Of a stretch of 64,000 bases of DNA, positions 1 through 9,460 are shown one piece after another. The first letter of the stretch is position 1; each line of letters begins with the position of its first letter. A program made the translations under genes and the position numbers. Under the pieces are notes generated by a model. That model ran no database searches, had not been told where the DNA came from, and saw only the letters and a program-made list of their open reading frames with translations. The stretch covers positions 1-64,000 of the IMG/VR virus record IMGVR_UViG_3300025065_000001; one strand, given 5' to 3'. The stretch comes from a virus.

Positions 1-646
1 AAGTCGGCGCTATATCTCCTTTGCGGGGGTCGCTGATTATTGGGAGGTCACGGTACTTACCCGACATTCGCGCTTTAATAGCGCTGGGCAAGGTTACTTC
101 TGGGTCATGCTCGACAATTTCAGCCAGCGTCACTGGACGACAGTTCTTAGGGGGGCGAACTTCAAAAGGTCGGCGGGTACCAAAAATAATCAGACGATCT
201 CTTCTCTGGGGTAACCAATGCTGAGATTGGACCGGACAAAAAACGTGAACGTAGTAATCCGGCAACTTTGTCATAGCCTCCATTACCAGAGGGAACGCTC
301 TCATTCCTGGCACATTTTCAACCACGTAAGCATCGGGCTTGCGAATGGCCAAGTGACGCAAAGCATGAAGGAATAAATCGTCACCCGTTCTTACACCGTG
401 AATATCACCTATCGTGGAATACTTGGTGCAAGGGTAGGTAAAAACCATCGCATCGCATTCTTCTTGATTTAACACGAGCTCTTCAGTCAAGTCGCACTGT
501 TGAACATGGTGGCCAATATTCTCGCGATACGTCTTAACCGCGTCGGTATCAATTTCAAAAGACTGGTTAATAGTTAATCCCGCATTTATCAGCCCAATAT
601 CCATCAGGCCAGCACCACAAAAATAACTGTTTACGTTTATTTGCAT
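1..646 (-). CDS. DNA (cytosine-5) methyltransferase, 3' end runs off the window (absent from ORF track)
   Basis: Manual translation from ATG at 646: MQINVNSYFCGAGLMDIG (motif I FxGxG) ... FTYPCTKYS (catalytic PC, motif IV) ... VVENVPG (motif VI) ... PQRRDRLIIFG (motif VIII). Confidence 0.9.
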   Translation of the reverse strand, partial: MQINVNSYFCGAGLMDIGLINAGLTINQSFEIDTDAVKTYRENIGHHVQQCDLTEELVLNQEECDAMVFTYPCTKYSTIGDIHGVRTGDDLFLHALRHLAIRKPDAYVVENVPGMRAFPLVMEAMTKLPDYYVHVFCPVQSQHWLPQRRDRLIIFGTRRPFEVRPPKNCRPVTLAEIVEHDPEVTLPSAIKARMSGKYRDLPIISDPRKGDIAPT

Positions 647-672
647 CGTCAATTTCCAAATTTAAAAGTTAA

Positions 673-1599
673 TTACTCTTGTCTAAATAAATCAGAACCC
701 GACTTAACCGATCCCTTATGGCTGGCACTGTGCTCAAGACTTGGGGCCGGTTCAATCGGATCAAGTGACATTACCTCGGCCAGCGTATCGCTATTTTCTC
801 GAAGCCAATCCAAAAGAACCTCGCGTTTTCGAGCATCCGTTTGGGCTTTTGTCACACTCGGCGCCATTAAGATAGGTAAATCATCTACGTTAAGCTTTTC
901 TAATACGCTATTCGCTCTCGCTATACTCATAACGTGTCCCAGTGAGTTAGCAATAGCGCTACTACCGTCTTCTTCTAAAGAGCCGACCTTGAATTGCGGG
1001 GTAACACGGTATTCACCATCAGGAAGTAACCAACTGAACTCATCCCAAATTTCGAGGAACTGCTTATCTAGCAGAGCTACACGCTCATCGGTAGTTAACG
1101 CTCTGGCAGGTTGAGGCCCCGCTTCCTGAGGGTATTGCTTTGGTTCAGGACGACGTTTGTGAAAACTAATACCCTTACCGTTAATCACAAATATCTCACT
1201 ACGGACCATTGAAAGAATATCTGAATAAGGTTCGGCAAAATCATATCCGCTAAAGGCTACAGGTATCGCGTCCTTGTGTGCTTGGTGTGCATGGTAAACA
1301 TAGTAGCCCAGCTCAACATCCGCCTCGTTGGTGAATGCCGTAATGATTGCATTCGCGGTCTTAGGACAGGTGAGGGGGATTTTCGTAGAGAAACTATTTT
1401 GTGTTATTTCTTCCACGGCAATCAGTGTTTCGTAATTTTTAGTTGAAGCCGGTGTCTTCTTTTCGACTAACTTAAGGTGAACTTGCCTTTCCTCGTAATC
1501 CGTTAAGTTACTCATGGCGTCACCAAGTTTATCTTTATTCCATACAATCATTTGGGCCTGTACTACGGCACCGTTACCTAATTTCAAACCTTTTTTCAT
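673..1599 (-). CDS. hypothetical phage protein
   Basis: Long ORF; ATG directly after GGAAATTGACG box. Confidence 0.75.
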   Translation of the reverse strand: MKKGLKLGNGAVVQAQMIVWNKDKLGDAMSNLTDYEERQVHLKLVEKKTPASTKNYETLIAVEEITQNSFSTKIPLTCPKTANAIITAFTNEADVELGYYVYHAHQAHKDAIPVAFSGYDFAEPYSDILSMVRSEIFVINGKGISFHKRRPEPKQYPQEAGPQPARALTTDERVALLDKQFLEIWDEFSWLLPDGEYRVTPQFKVGSLEEDGSSAIANSLGHVMSIARANSVLEKLNVDDLPILMAPSVTKAQTDARKREVLLDWLRENSDTLAEVMSLDPIEPAPSLEHSASHKGSVKSGSDLFRQE

Positions 1600-1643
1600 C
1601 GTCAATTTCCTAAGTTAATTTCAAAGGGGGAGAACATTCCCCC

Positions 1644-1832
1644 CTAAATCACGCTAATTATTACTGGTTCACGGTTAAAACATTCCGAGCAGATATTCTT
1701 GCTCGAACCCATCAACTCAAGTTCCATTTCTATCGCACGGCGTCTCGAGTCACTTATCTTTGACTGGCAATTTGAACAATGCGAGTCAGCCTTTGCCGGA
1801 ACAAGGCCCTTTAATCCGTGTAAACTACTCAC
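1644..1832 (-). CDS. small CxxC...CxxC (DksA/TraR-like zinc finger) protein
   Basis: CSNC...ISDSRRRA...CSEC pattern; overlaps upstream gene. Confidence 0.5.
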   Translation of the reverse strand: MSSLHGLKGLVPAKADSHCSNCQSKISDSRRRAIEMELELMGSSKNICSECFNREPVIISVI

Positions 1833-2022
1833 CGTGTAAATCTCTATGTGTGCTTAACCGGCCAAGACGAACTTCAACTTCAACCGTTACCGAAAACTTC
1901 TCCGCGATAGAGGTACCAAAGTTATCCGCTTGGTGAACGTTAGAGGCCAAGCACTCAGCGGCACAGTGATTCACACGCTTACCGCGTCGGTGGTCAAATA
2001 GCACTACTGTGAAATATTGCAT
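1825..2022 (-). CDS. hypothetical protein
   Basis: Preceded by TTGACGATAAGGAG (box plus SD). Confidence 0.6.
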   Translation of the reverse strand: MQYFTVVLFDHRRGKRVNHCAAECLASNVHQADNFGTSIAEKFSVTVEVEVRLGRLSTHRDLHGE

Positions 2023-2049
2023 GTGATATTTTTCTCCTTATCGTCAATT

Positions 2050-2310
2050 TTAATCGTTAGGTTCTAGGTCTAAATACAACTGCCAGCGAAAACCGGCTGC
2101 AGTTTCGAAAAACAATAACTGGCCTGTTTGGTCGCAGTATTCTTTTCTAAGCGTTTCCTCAAAGGAATCACACTTAATAAAAGTCTTGTCGAACTCCGTA
2201 ATAGCTTCAACGCGGCCATGAAATATCTTCGGTGGCCAGAAACTAAATTCCTCCGAACTTGGCTTACGACACACAATCATGTGGACGTTTTTATTCTTCT
2301 TCTTTGGCAT
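2050..2310 (-). CDS. hypothetical protein
   Basis: Start re-called at MPKKKNK, coupled to upstream gene. Confidence 0.55.
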   Translation of the reverse strand: MPKKKNKNVHMIVCRKPSSEEFSFWPPKIFHGRVEAITEFDKTFIKCDSFEETLRKEYCDQTGQLLFFETAAGFRWQLYLDLEPND

Positions 2311-2710
2311 CTTCAAAGTCCTCCAAACGTTCGTTCCAGTCTTCTTGATACAGTGAGAAGAAAATAGCCTGTAGTGCGGTATCATCCGATAAGCACGCGG
2401 CTTTACCCGCACCACCACAATCGGCATCGAGCGCTCGACTTAATTCATCGGCACAATTGATAGTGAGAACCGCAACTTGAAATTCGGCCTCGGGATCATC
2501 AGGGTCCACCCAAGTTAGATTTTCCATGATGTAGTCGTGAATGGTGTATTTACCTTCAACGAACTCCATCCAGCCCCATTCTTCATCCGCTATGATGTAA
2601 TGAATAGGCATACCCGAACTGACTCTTTCGGGGATGTTGTAGAACGCTATATCCTTATCCGACAAAATCTCTTCGGAGGTGTAACGGTGTGGGTGTGGTT
2701 GGTTACTCAT
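2291..2710 (-). CDS. acidic hypothetical protein
   Basis: ATG at 2710 follows GAGGAAATTGACG box. Confidence 0.7.
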   Translation of the reverse strand: MSNQPHPHRYTSEEILSDKDIAFYNIPERVSSGMPIHYIIADEEWGWMEFVEGKYTIHDYIMENLTWVDPDDPEAEFQVAVLTINCADELSRALDADCGGAGKAACLSDDTALQAIFFSLYQEDWNERLEDFEDAKEEE

Positions 2711-2924
2711 CGTCAATTTCCTCTCCAATTTTTCCCGCTTCTAGTAACTTGCGGTACTGCACTACGTTCTCAGGGTTATAGTCCATCAAACCAAAGGACT
2801 TCTCCCCCGTTTCTAAACAAAGGGCAGAGCCATAAACATTTAGGTTTATCGACTCAAGGTAAGTGATAACTTCAATAAGCGTCTTGTTTCTGGGACGCTT
2901 TATCTTCGGCGTGTCTTCACTCAT
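2703..2924 (-). CDS. hypothetical protein
   Basis: ATGA overlap with upstream gene, GGAGG SD. Confidence 0.6.
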   Translation of the reverse strand: MSEDTPKIKRPRNKTLIEVITYLESINLNVYGSALCLETGEKSFGLMDYNPENVVQYRKLLEAGKIGEEIDDE

Positions 2925-3409
2925 ACGTCTACGGCCTCCGCCCAGGCTTTTTCGAACACCATAGAAGGGCAAGTATCATTACACCCTTGGTCATAGCGCC
3001 GAATAATCGCGTCTTCCTGAAAAATACAGTCTACAATTTCATACTGAAGATGCCTTGTTATATCGTGTATCAAAACACTCGGAACCATCTCACCATAAAA
3101 TTCACGTCTACACTCTACAGCCCGTATAATCTGACCCGAAGGACCATAATGCCGACCCGTGTTCCACTCCATACGGCGCATTTTTCTAGACTCATCCTTA
3201 GTCACTTCTTCAGGGTAACAAGACCACGACGTTTCACTCAGGCCAAAGCCTTGTTGTCGGTCAATTTCAGAAACCGGTAGGTCCGCCGCAACATGGTTAC
3301 CATACGCTTCAGCAACGTCATAATCGCTAGCCATCACATTAGGTAAAACAAGCTGTCGGCCCGTATCGCTCTCTTCGAGCACTATTTTGAATTCTTTTAA
3401 GTCGCTCAT
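2921..3409 (-). CDS. hypothetical protein
   Basis: Box-preceded ATG. Confidence 0.7.
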   Translation of the reverse strand: MSDLKEFKIVLEESDTGRQLVLPNVMASDYDVAEAYGNHVAADLPVSEIDRQQGFGLSETSWSCYPEEVTKDESRKMRRMEWNTGRHYGPSGQIIRAVECRREFYGEMVPSVLIHDITRHLQYEIVDCIFQEDAIIRRYDQGCNDTCPSMVFEKAWAEAVDV

Positions 3410-3444
3410 CGTCAATTTCCTTCTAGTTAATTACCGGACGTTTT

Positions 3445-3702
3445 TTAAAGATACTTTTGTAAAACCAGAGCGTCTTCGGGTGTTAATACTTGGCAACTAA
3501 TCACCGAATAATAAAATTCCCAGTTCATATCTGAAATTCCCCCCTCCACCCACTCAGCGGTACCATCTTCTAAACTACCGTGACACTCACCGAGAAGCGC
3601 CAAAGCACAGGCTTCATTCTCTGATTCAGCGTGTCGTAAAGTAGTCGCACTTTTTTCGTACTCACCCGACCTAATTTTTAATTTCACCGCATAAAATTTC
3701 AT
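3445..3702 (-). CDS. hypothetical protein
   Basis: Box-preceded ATG (MKFYAVKLK). Confidence 0.65.
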   Translation of the reverse strand: MKFYAVKLKIRSGEYEKSATTLRHAESENEACALALLGECHGSLEDGTAEWVEGGISDMNWEFYYSVISCQVLTPEDALVLQKYL

Positions 3703-3850
3703 CGTCAATTTCCTTAAAGTTACAATAAACTGGCCCTTCATCAGGGGCCATAAAGTCAATTTCTGGGTAGGTAGCAAACTCGCAGTGCTCAACCGTTTTG
3801 TACCCCTCACCTAGCATGGTGCCACCACACTTTTTGCACACTTGGCGCAT
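3671..3850 (-). CDS. small Cys-containing hypothetical protein
   Basis: GGAGGTTGACGATG start (MRQVCKKCGG). Confidence 0.6.
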   Translation of the reverse strand: MRQVCKKCGGTMLGEGYKTVEHCEFATYPEIDFMAPDEGPVYCNFKEIDDEILCGEIKN

Positions 3851-3887
3851 CGTCAACCTCCAAAAGAGGGGGGGAATGTTCCCACCC

Positions 3888-4376
3888 TTATTCTTCTTCC
3901 TGTTCCGCTTCCTCACGCTCCCAGCGTTTTAGTTCACGCTCTTTGAAGGCCAGCACATACTTCATGTACTTCAAGGTTTCCTTAGCCTCGGGCTCATCTT
4001 TGTGTAAGTGCTCAAACTCAAGGTCGGTTTCTGGTAGATAATCAGCGGCATGTTGATATCTTTCGTAAGCTTTACTTGCAAAAACCGAATAACCCAAATC
4101 CCCGATTTCGTGCAACAAGTCGTCGGCAATATCCTCAGCGGTTTCCGCCGCTCGGAAATAAGGCATATCCACATTCAAGTGTTTCTGAATTTTAGGGCTC
4201 ACCGCACCATAACCAACAACACAGGCCGGAGTGCCGCAAGTGTGAATGTCCACAGCTTGGTCTGCGGTATCCCTATCCAAATAGTAATCATCCATCCGAA
4301 AATCTAGGTCAGACGCAACCACTTGTTCCATGGTCTCGATTAATAGTCTTAGCAGGGGAAAATTATTAGTACTCAT
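3888..4376 (-). CDS. hypothetical protein
   Basis: 162-aa ORF coupled to radC, contains HTCGTPACVVG. Confidence 0.7.
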   Translation of the reverse strand: MSTNNFPLLRLLIETMEQVVASDLDFRMDDYYLDRDTADQAVDIHTCGTPACVVGYGAVSPKIQKHLNVDMPYFRAAETAEDIADDLLHEIGDLGYSVFASKAYERYQHAADYLPETDLEFEHLHKDEPEAKETLKYMKYVLAFKERELKRWEREEAEQEEE

Positions 4377-4861
4377 AAGTCACCTCGTTGAGCAAGAGAA
4401 ATAGTGGGACAGCCTTGGCCGTTGCCTACGATGATGTGATCGAGTAACGGCACATCGATAGCCGACAACGCCTGTTTAATATCTTGTGTCAAACGAATAT
4501 CGGCTTGGCTTGGCTCGGGATAACCCGAAGGATGGTTATGTGCAATTATCAACGCCGCAGCATTCAGCTCTAAAACACGACGAATAATCTCACGAGGGTA
4601 AACCGAGGCTGAGTTTATCGTGCCCTCAAACAGGATTTCACCGCTAATCAAACCATGCTGGGAATCTAGAAATAAGCAAAGAAAACGTTCGCGAGAACCC
4701 TCGCACAGCTGCAATGCACAATAGTCTTTACATGAGCCAGCGTCGGATATCTTAGAGCGGCCATAGAAGTCAGGCTGCTTCTCACGAATGATGTTTAGCG
4801 CTCGAGTGATAGCGCGTTTCTCGGTAGGGGTGTAAGGACCACAATCCGTTAATTTAGTCAT
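4373..4861 (-). CDS. radC: RadC-like JAB/MPN-domain protein
   Basis: ERFLCLFLD...GTINSASVYPREI...AHNHPSGYPEPSQAD...LLDHIIVG. Confidence 0.92.
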   Translation of the reverse strand: MTKLTDCGPYTPTEKRAITRALNIIREKQPDFYGRSKISDAGSCKDYCALQLCEGSRERFLCLFLDSQHGLISGEILFEGTINSASVYPREIIRRVLELNAAALIIAHNHPSGYPEPSQADIRLTQDIKQALSAIDVPLLDHIIVGNGQGCPTISLAQRGDL

Positions 4862-4929
4862 AGTCGTCAATTTCCAATTTTTAAAAGTTAATTACCAAAT
4901 CAAGGGGGGAACATTCTCCCCTTCACACC

Positions 4930-5424
4930 TTAAGCGGCGTCTTTCGCTCTTACCTCGAGCATGGCCAGGAGATAATCGGCGTAGCTGATAAAATCGTCTA
5001 GGTATTCACTACCCAGATACAACCACGCAAAGCTTTTGATTTTATCGCGGTCAAGTCCTATACCTTCAGCCGAATACCGGCGAATGTGGATATTGACACC
5101 CAACAGCGAATCAATCATCAACGAGCCCATTTCAAAATCATCCAGCACAAGGCTCACTTCTTCCACCAAGGCACAGATAAACGCAGACTCAATCAACATC
5201 CAGTGCGAATACTCCCAGCCCATTAGGGTTCGAATCTTCGCGTCACGGACACAGTAACCCTCGATTGTGGTGTGTGGCGTGTCTTTGGTTATCGGCTGGA
5301 GGTTATCAATCGAGGCGCGAGAGCCTTCATCTTCACCCTCGATTGTCATAGCCAAACGACCACAGTTTCTCGCCGTATGTGCAACCGCAATCATACGCCG
5401 GAAAATAGGCAGATTTTTACTCAT
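4930..5424 (-). CDS. hypothetical protein
   Basis: Start re-called at MSKNLPIF after degenerate box GGAAGCGGACGATG. Confidence 0.6.
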   Translation of the reverse strand: MSKNLPIFRRMIAVAHTARNCGRLAMTIEGEDEGSRASIDNLQPITKDTPHTTIEGYCVRDAKIRTLMGWEYSHWMLIESAFICALVEEVSLVLDDFEMGSLMIDSLLGVNIHIRRYSAEGIGLDRDKIKSFAWLYLGSEYLDDFISYADYLLAMLEVRAKDAA

Positions 5425-5722
5425 CGTCCGCTTCCTCAGGCTCTTCGAAAGCCGTGAGGTCATACCCCATATCGTAGAGCTCGTCGATAATTTCACCTTT
5501 CCGACGGGCGATAATCTCCTGAAACCAGCCGCCACTCACATTGAAAGGGCCAACACAAATTTTATCAGTCCTGTGAATAGCCAACGGATAATCTCGGTCA
5601 AGATGAACCGTGCCTTGTAAATCACACAACTTTTTCAATTCATCCAAAAGAGAAATAACCCGCACACAATGTTTCATAAGTCTCGAATTTAACATCGTAC
5701 TATTAGTCACTTTTTTACTCAT
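5417..5722 (-). CDS. hypothetical protein
   Basis: GGATTTTGACGATTATG start. Confidence 0.65.
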   Translation of the reverse strand: MSKKVTNSTMLNSRLMKHCVRVISLLDELKKLCDLQGTVHLDRDYPLAIHRTDKICVGPFNVSGGWFQEIIARRKGEIIDELYDMGYDLTAFEEPEEADDE

Positions 5723-5834
5723 AATCGTCAAAATCCAAATTTTAAAAGTTAATTCTAGGGGGGGGGAACATTCCCACCCTTCAAATTGCGGTTTTTACCC
5801 CGTTTTGGGTTTTTACATCCAAAGTGCGGGTCAA

Positions 5835-6221
5835 CTATGCCGATTCTCGCGCCGCAGCGCCACCACGAGAAGACTTCTCGGTGAATTCGTCCTTACCTAG
5901 CACCTTCTCCATTGCACCCGCTGAGGATGCGATAGAGGCCGCGCATTCAACACCGCAGTTAAAGCCAAAATCGACCAGTTTTTCAACCACTGAAAAGTCC
6001 AGTTCGAGTTCGCGAGACAATGCTTGAGTACGACGGTACACTTCGCCAAGGTCGTCAGTACCCTTGAGTGCATCCGATTTTCGGTAGAGGCCAATGAGAC
6101 ATTCGATTTGCTTGGCTTTCATCTGCATGACGTATTCAGCAATCTCTCGCTGAGTTTGGCGCATGAGTTCGTGAGGGGAGGGAGCAGTCTGGTTCACAGG
6201 CTGGGGAATGGAATTAGTCAT
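5835..6221 (-). CDS. hypothetical protein
   Basis: GGAAATTGACGATATG start. Confidence 0.7.
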   Translation of the reverse strand: MTNSIPQPVNQTAPSPHELMRQTQREIAEYVMQMKAKQIECLIGLYRKSDALKGTDDLGEVYRRTQALSRELELDFSVVEKLVDFGFNCGVECAASIASSAGAMEKVLGKDEFTEKSSRGGAAARESA

Positions 6222-6810
6222 ATCGTCAATTTCCTAAGTTAATTAATCGGCTCACGCCGTAACACCCCGTAGGGCGGATTTCAGTTATACAAGGGCAAAA
6301 TACCCGAGTCAATTGCAATGGTCTAATTTCGACCAAAAACACAATTTGGGTGTGATTCACTCCCACGGTGGTTTGTTGCACGTTGCGACAGTGAGCACCA
6401 CAAGCGAATTCAAATTCCAAGACGCGCAAAGGTTACAGCTCGTCACGCAAAGGTCGTTGGGTAGATCACTGCGACTTGCAGCAAGTCACAAGGAGTAACG
6501 AGGACATTGTGTGTAAATAAACCTCAGGTACGAATTAAATCGAAAGCGAAGTTTTTAAAAGTATACTTCTTAAAAAATGTTCCCAGTAAAATATATAAAT
6601 GTACATTTAATAACGAAAGTTTGTGGGAACATTTTTGTCACCGGCTCTGTAGGCCTTATTCTACACGGCATTGCGAGTAATAATTACCCTCACCGAAGTT
6701 ACGCGTAACTGGTCAAAATTCGCACAGCTACAGGCCGCATTCTACCGTTTTGAGAAATCGCAAAAATGGCTGAGAAAGTTTATGGGAACACAAAACCTAA
6801 GTTATTGTAT

Positions 6811-7119
6811 CTAGGCACTTAAGTTGGGCTTGTGTGTGACTTTTGAGGGTTCTACACCAGTTTCGCCAAAAAGTTTATGGGAACAGGTGTTAACTGGCTC
6901 TGGAATGTCCGTTTGCGCCAGTCTAATTGCTGTGCTCATTTCGCAAATCAACAACATTTGGTGATGCTTTGCTACGTGTTCTGGGTCTAAATTGCCCAGC
7001 TCCATGACTCTCACACCCTTCAATTCTAGCGTGCCAATCTCGTATTGTAGCTTGCCATATTGGAGGACAACCACTGGCTTAGGCCAGCCAAAACCTATCG
7101 AAACGTTCTTAAATTTCAT
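6811..7119 (-). CDS. hypothetical protein
   Basis: Box-preceded ATG. Confidence 0.6.
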   Translation of the reverse strand: MKFKNVSIGFGWPKPVVVLQYGKLQYEIGTLELKGVRVMELGNLDPEHVAKHHQMLLICEMSTAIRLAQTDIPEPVNTCSHKLFGETGVEPSKVTHKPNLSA

Positions 7120-7394
7120 CGTCAATTTCCTGTAAAAATGTGCTCAAAAGAGGGGGAGAATGTTCCCCCCTGAAGCCCTTAAATTAGGCTCGGTTTTGAG
7201 GTTAAGGCGAATACCTGTAGCCTTAAAATACTTTACACGACCCTTGTAGAGGTCCTATATTCTCATGCGAGAAGCTTGGATAGAGGCTTGAGGGTTGGAA
7301 TCGGCGCTGCTCCTATTTCCGCGCTGTCAACCCTCGATTCGAATTTTTTGTCCTTTTTTCTCGAACCAAAAACCACCAGCCTCGATTCTAGATT

Positions 7395-7634
7395 CTATTT
7401 TTTAGAATGAAAGCGCACTTCCACCAGCCGAAAATTACTTCTTCTGTCTAGAGTCTCTGCTTTGAGGGTCGCTACGGAGATCAAAAACAACGGCACACTG
7501 GCGTAACTTGATACCTCAATTAAGCCCAGGCCATCGGCACTCGTAATGAGTACCGTGAACCCAGCCACCAGCAACATAAAATGCACCATAAACGCAATAA
7601 ATAAAGCTATATCTGTACGTGTAATCATCATCAA
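7395..7634 (-). CDS. small membrane protein
   Basis: Hydrophobic segments; GGAAATTGATGATG variant box. Confidence 0.55.
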   Translation of the reverse strand: MMMITRTDIALFIAFMVHFMLLVAGFTVLITSADGLGLIEVSSYASVPLFLISVATLKAETLDRRSNFRLVEVRFHSKK

Positions 7635-7948
7635 TTTCCTAAAACGTGTGGGGGATACTTCCCGTTGGGGTTGAGGTTAGTATCATGGTAAATTTCCATA
7701 AACCTACGAACTTCTTCACACTCAGCAACACCTTCTTTATCGAGGTTATAAATCACAACTGTTCCTAGAACCTCAGCTATATCACTACCATAACGATTGG
7801 TATTTCTAATTAGACGACGCCAGAGAGAGATAATCTGGCGGGTAGTCCCTACAATGGTGGTTGTCTCTTGTTTAGTGCGTGCTTCATAGTCATTAATACG
7901 TATCTTCAACCAAGCCGCGTTTTTCTGCTTTGTCGTATCTATTTTCAT
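7631..7948 (-). CDS. hypothetical protein
   Basis: 105-aa ORF with AAGGA SD. Confidence 0.6.
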   Translation of the reverse strand: MKIDTTKQKNAAWLKIRINDYEARTKQETTTIVGTTRQIISLWRRLIRNTNRYGSDIAEVLGTVVIYNLDKEGVAECEEVRRFMEIYHDTNLNPNGKYPPHVLGN

Positions 7949-8146
7949 AATTTTAATCCTTCAAATCGGGGGAGAATGTTCCCCCCTAAAAATCGCCGCG
8001 ACAGTCACGGCCCTGTAGTTGCCCAAATTCCCTTCACGCGAATTGCTATCACAATCCACCAGCCTAGACCCTAGACACAAGAGCCTAGGCACTGGCACAC
8101 ACCACCAGCATAGGTAGGCACGCGCTTAATAGCCTCGTGAAAAATA

Positions 8147-8183
8147 AAAAACCGATTAGCACTAGCCGTGCTAATCGGTTTTT
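8147..8183. terminator. bidirectional intrinsic terminator
   Basis: AAAAACCGATTAGCAC-tagcc-GTGCTAATCGGTTTTT. Confidence 0.75.
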
Positions 8184-8228
8184 CGTTTCTCGAATTGAGG
8201 GGGGAATGTTCCCCCCGTCCCGCTGGGC

Positions 8229-8945
8229 TTACTTGTTAAGTTGCTTTTCAAGATCCTTTTGAATCTCAAGCGATAGGGCAAGCATTGCTTTGCTAACCTT
8301 GGCGCGGTGTGCCTTAGGTAAACCGGCCGCGTCTAGCGCTTCAAGTTGGTTATTGATTAGCGCTTGAGTGTGATCCTCAAGCTTAGAAACAAGAGCCATT
8401 ACCGCGCTAGATACATTATCATCAGCAGCACGCTTTGCCGCGCCGCCTTCTTTATCCTTGCCCTTTACAGGCGTGCTTTTCGCGTCTTTGCTTGGCTTTT
8501 CTTCTTTCGCTTCTTTAGGCAAGTATTCACCTAAAAAGTTAAGCCATTCAACGCGCCCTTGAGGAGCACCGTTTTCGCCGTAAATATCCGCGTTTAATAC
8601 CTTGTCACCGATTTGCGCAAAGGTGCCATTTAACTCGATCGTTTTGATTGAGTCGAAAAACTTGGTTAGATATTGACGGTTATCATTTACGAATTTCACG
8701 TATGTTTTCCAGTAACCTTTTGCTTGGTTGTATAGGCGTGAGCTGTCGCGGTTGGCTTTTGTACGTTGGTTAGCTGGCACGCCGTACAAGTCACAACAAA
8801 GCGCGATGTTTGCACCTTGTTCCATGTTGTGTGCTACGGCATAGCACGCAATAGCCATTTTAACGGCTGGCACACGTAGATCATTCTTATCAGCAGTAAC
8901 AAGAGCAGAAGCAAAAACAGAAGCGTTAAAAGTGGTAGTAGTCAT
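8229..8945 (-). CDS. hypothetical early protein (first gene of leftward operon)
   Basis: AAGGATTGACGATTATG start; Ala/Lys-rich ORF. Confidence 0.75.
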   Translation of the reverse strand: MTTTTFNASVFASALVTADKNDLRVPAVKMAIACYAVAHNMEQGANIALCCDLYGVPANQRTKANRDSSRLYNQAKGYWKTYVKFVNDNRQYLTKFFDSIKTIELNGTFAQIGDKVLNADIYGENGAPQGRVEWLNFLGEYLPKEAKEEKPSKDAKSTPVKGKDKEGGAAKRAADDNVSSAVMALVSKLEDHTQALINNQLEALDAAGLPKAHRAKVSKAMLALSLEIQKDLEKQLNK

Positions 8946-9262
8946 AATCGTCAATCCTTAAAAGTTAATTTGTTGGTGGGGGAATGTTCCCCCCTCGAAG
9001 TAAGTAATGCGCTACTTGCCTCGAGTTGCATTCACTATATAAGGGGGGGTGGATTTTATGCAAGAAAACGGGGTGATATAGTGGGGTGGCCCTCTCACTC
9101 CACCTGAAAAATTTTTGGAATTTTGGAAGGTTATAGATACTACCCTCGACCCTAAACCCGAGACCCAAGACCCAAGAACCTCAACCCCTTCACCCAAGAA
9201 ACTAGAAACTTTACCCAAGAACCTAGACCCAAAAGTAAACCTTAGGAACAAAAAGCGAGTAG

Positions 9263-9460
9263 TAAAAGAAAACCCCGAGGGTTGGGCCACTCGGGGTTTG
9301 AGACGTTCAACGTAATCAGAGGTCGTTGTTCGTAGGATAAGCTTGAAACTAGGTAGGCGGACGAGCACTAAAATTAGAACAGGCTTTATCGTCAATTTCC
9401 AAATTGTAGGGAGCGCTTGGGCTCCTGCGGTTGAAGCATTTAAGTTGTTTGCTGTCAACG
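9263..9460 (-). ncRNA. candidate non-coding RNA carrying a perfect target box (possible sRNA sponge)
   Basis: Promoter-like TTGACC..TATACT (9495-9469, short 15-bp spacer); box ATTTGGAAATTGACGATAA with no ATG; terminator hairpin 9270-9299 followed by a U-tract. Confidence 0.45.
9264..9299 (-). terminator. intrinsic terminator
   Basis: AAACCCCGAG...CTCGGGGTTT stem followed by TCTTTT on minus strand. Confidence 0.7.

Larger units (their letters stand above)
1625..8994. repeat. dispersed 18-20 bp palindrome GGGGG(G/A)GAA-(CA/TG)-TTCCCCCC, 8 intergenic copies
   Basis: Copies at ~1625, 3868, 4903, 5758, 7151, 7968, 8199, 8978. Confidence 0.85.

Noticed and set aside
1625-8994. Palindromic repeats as a CRISPR array or integron attC sites
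   Set aside because: Spacing is irregular and gene-sized, with no cas or integron integrase gene and no attC core sites
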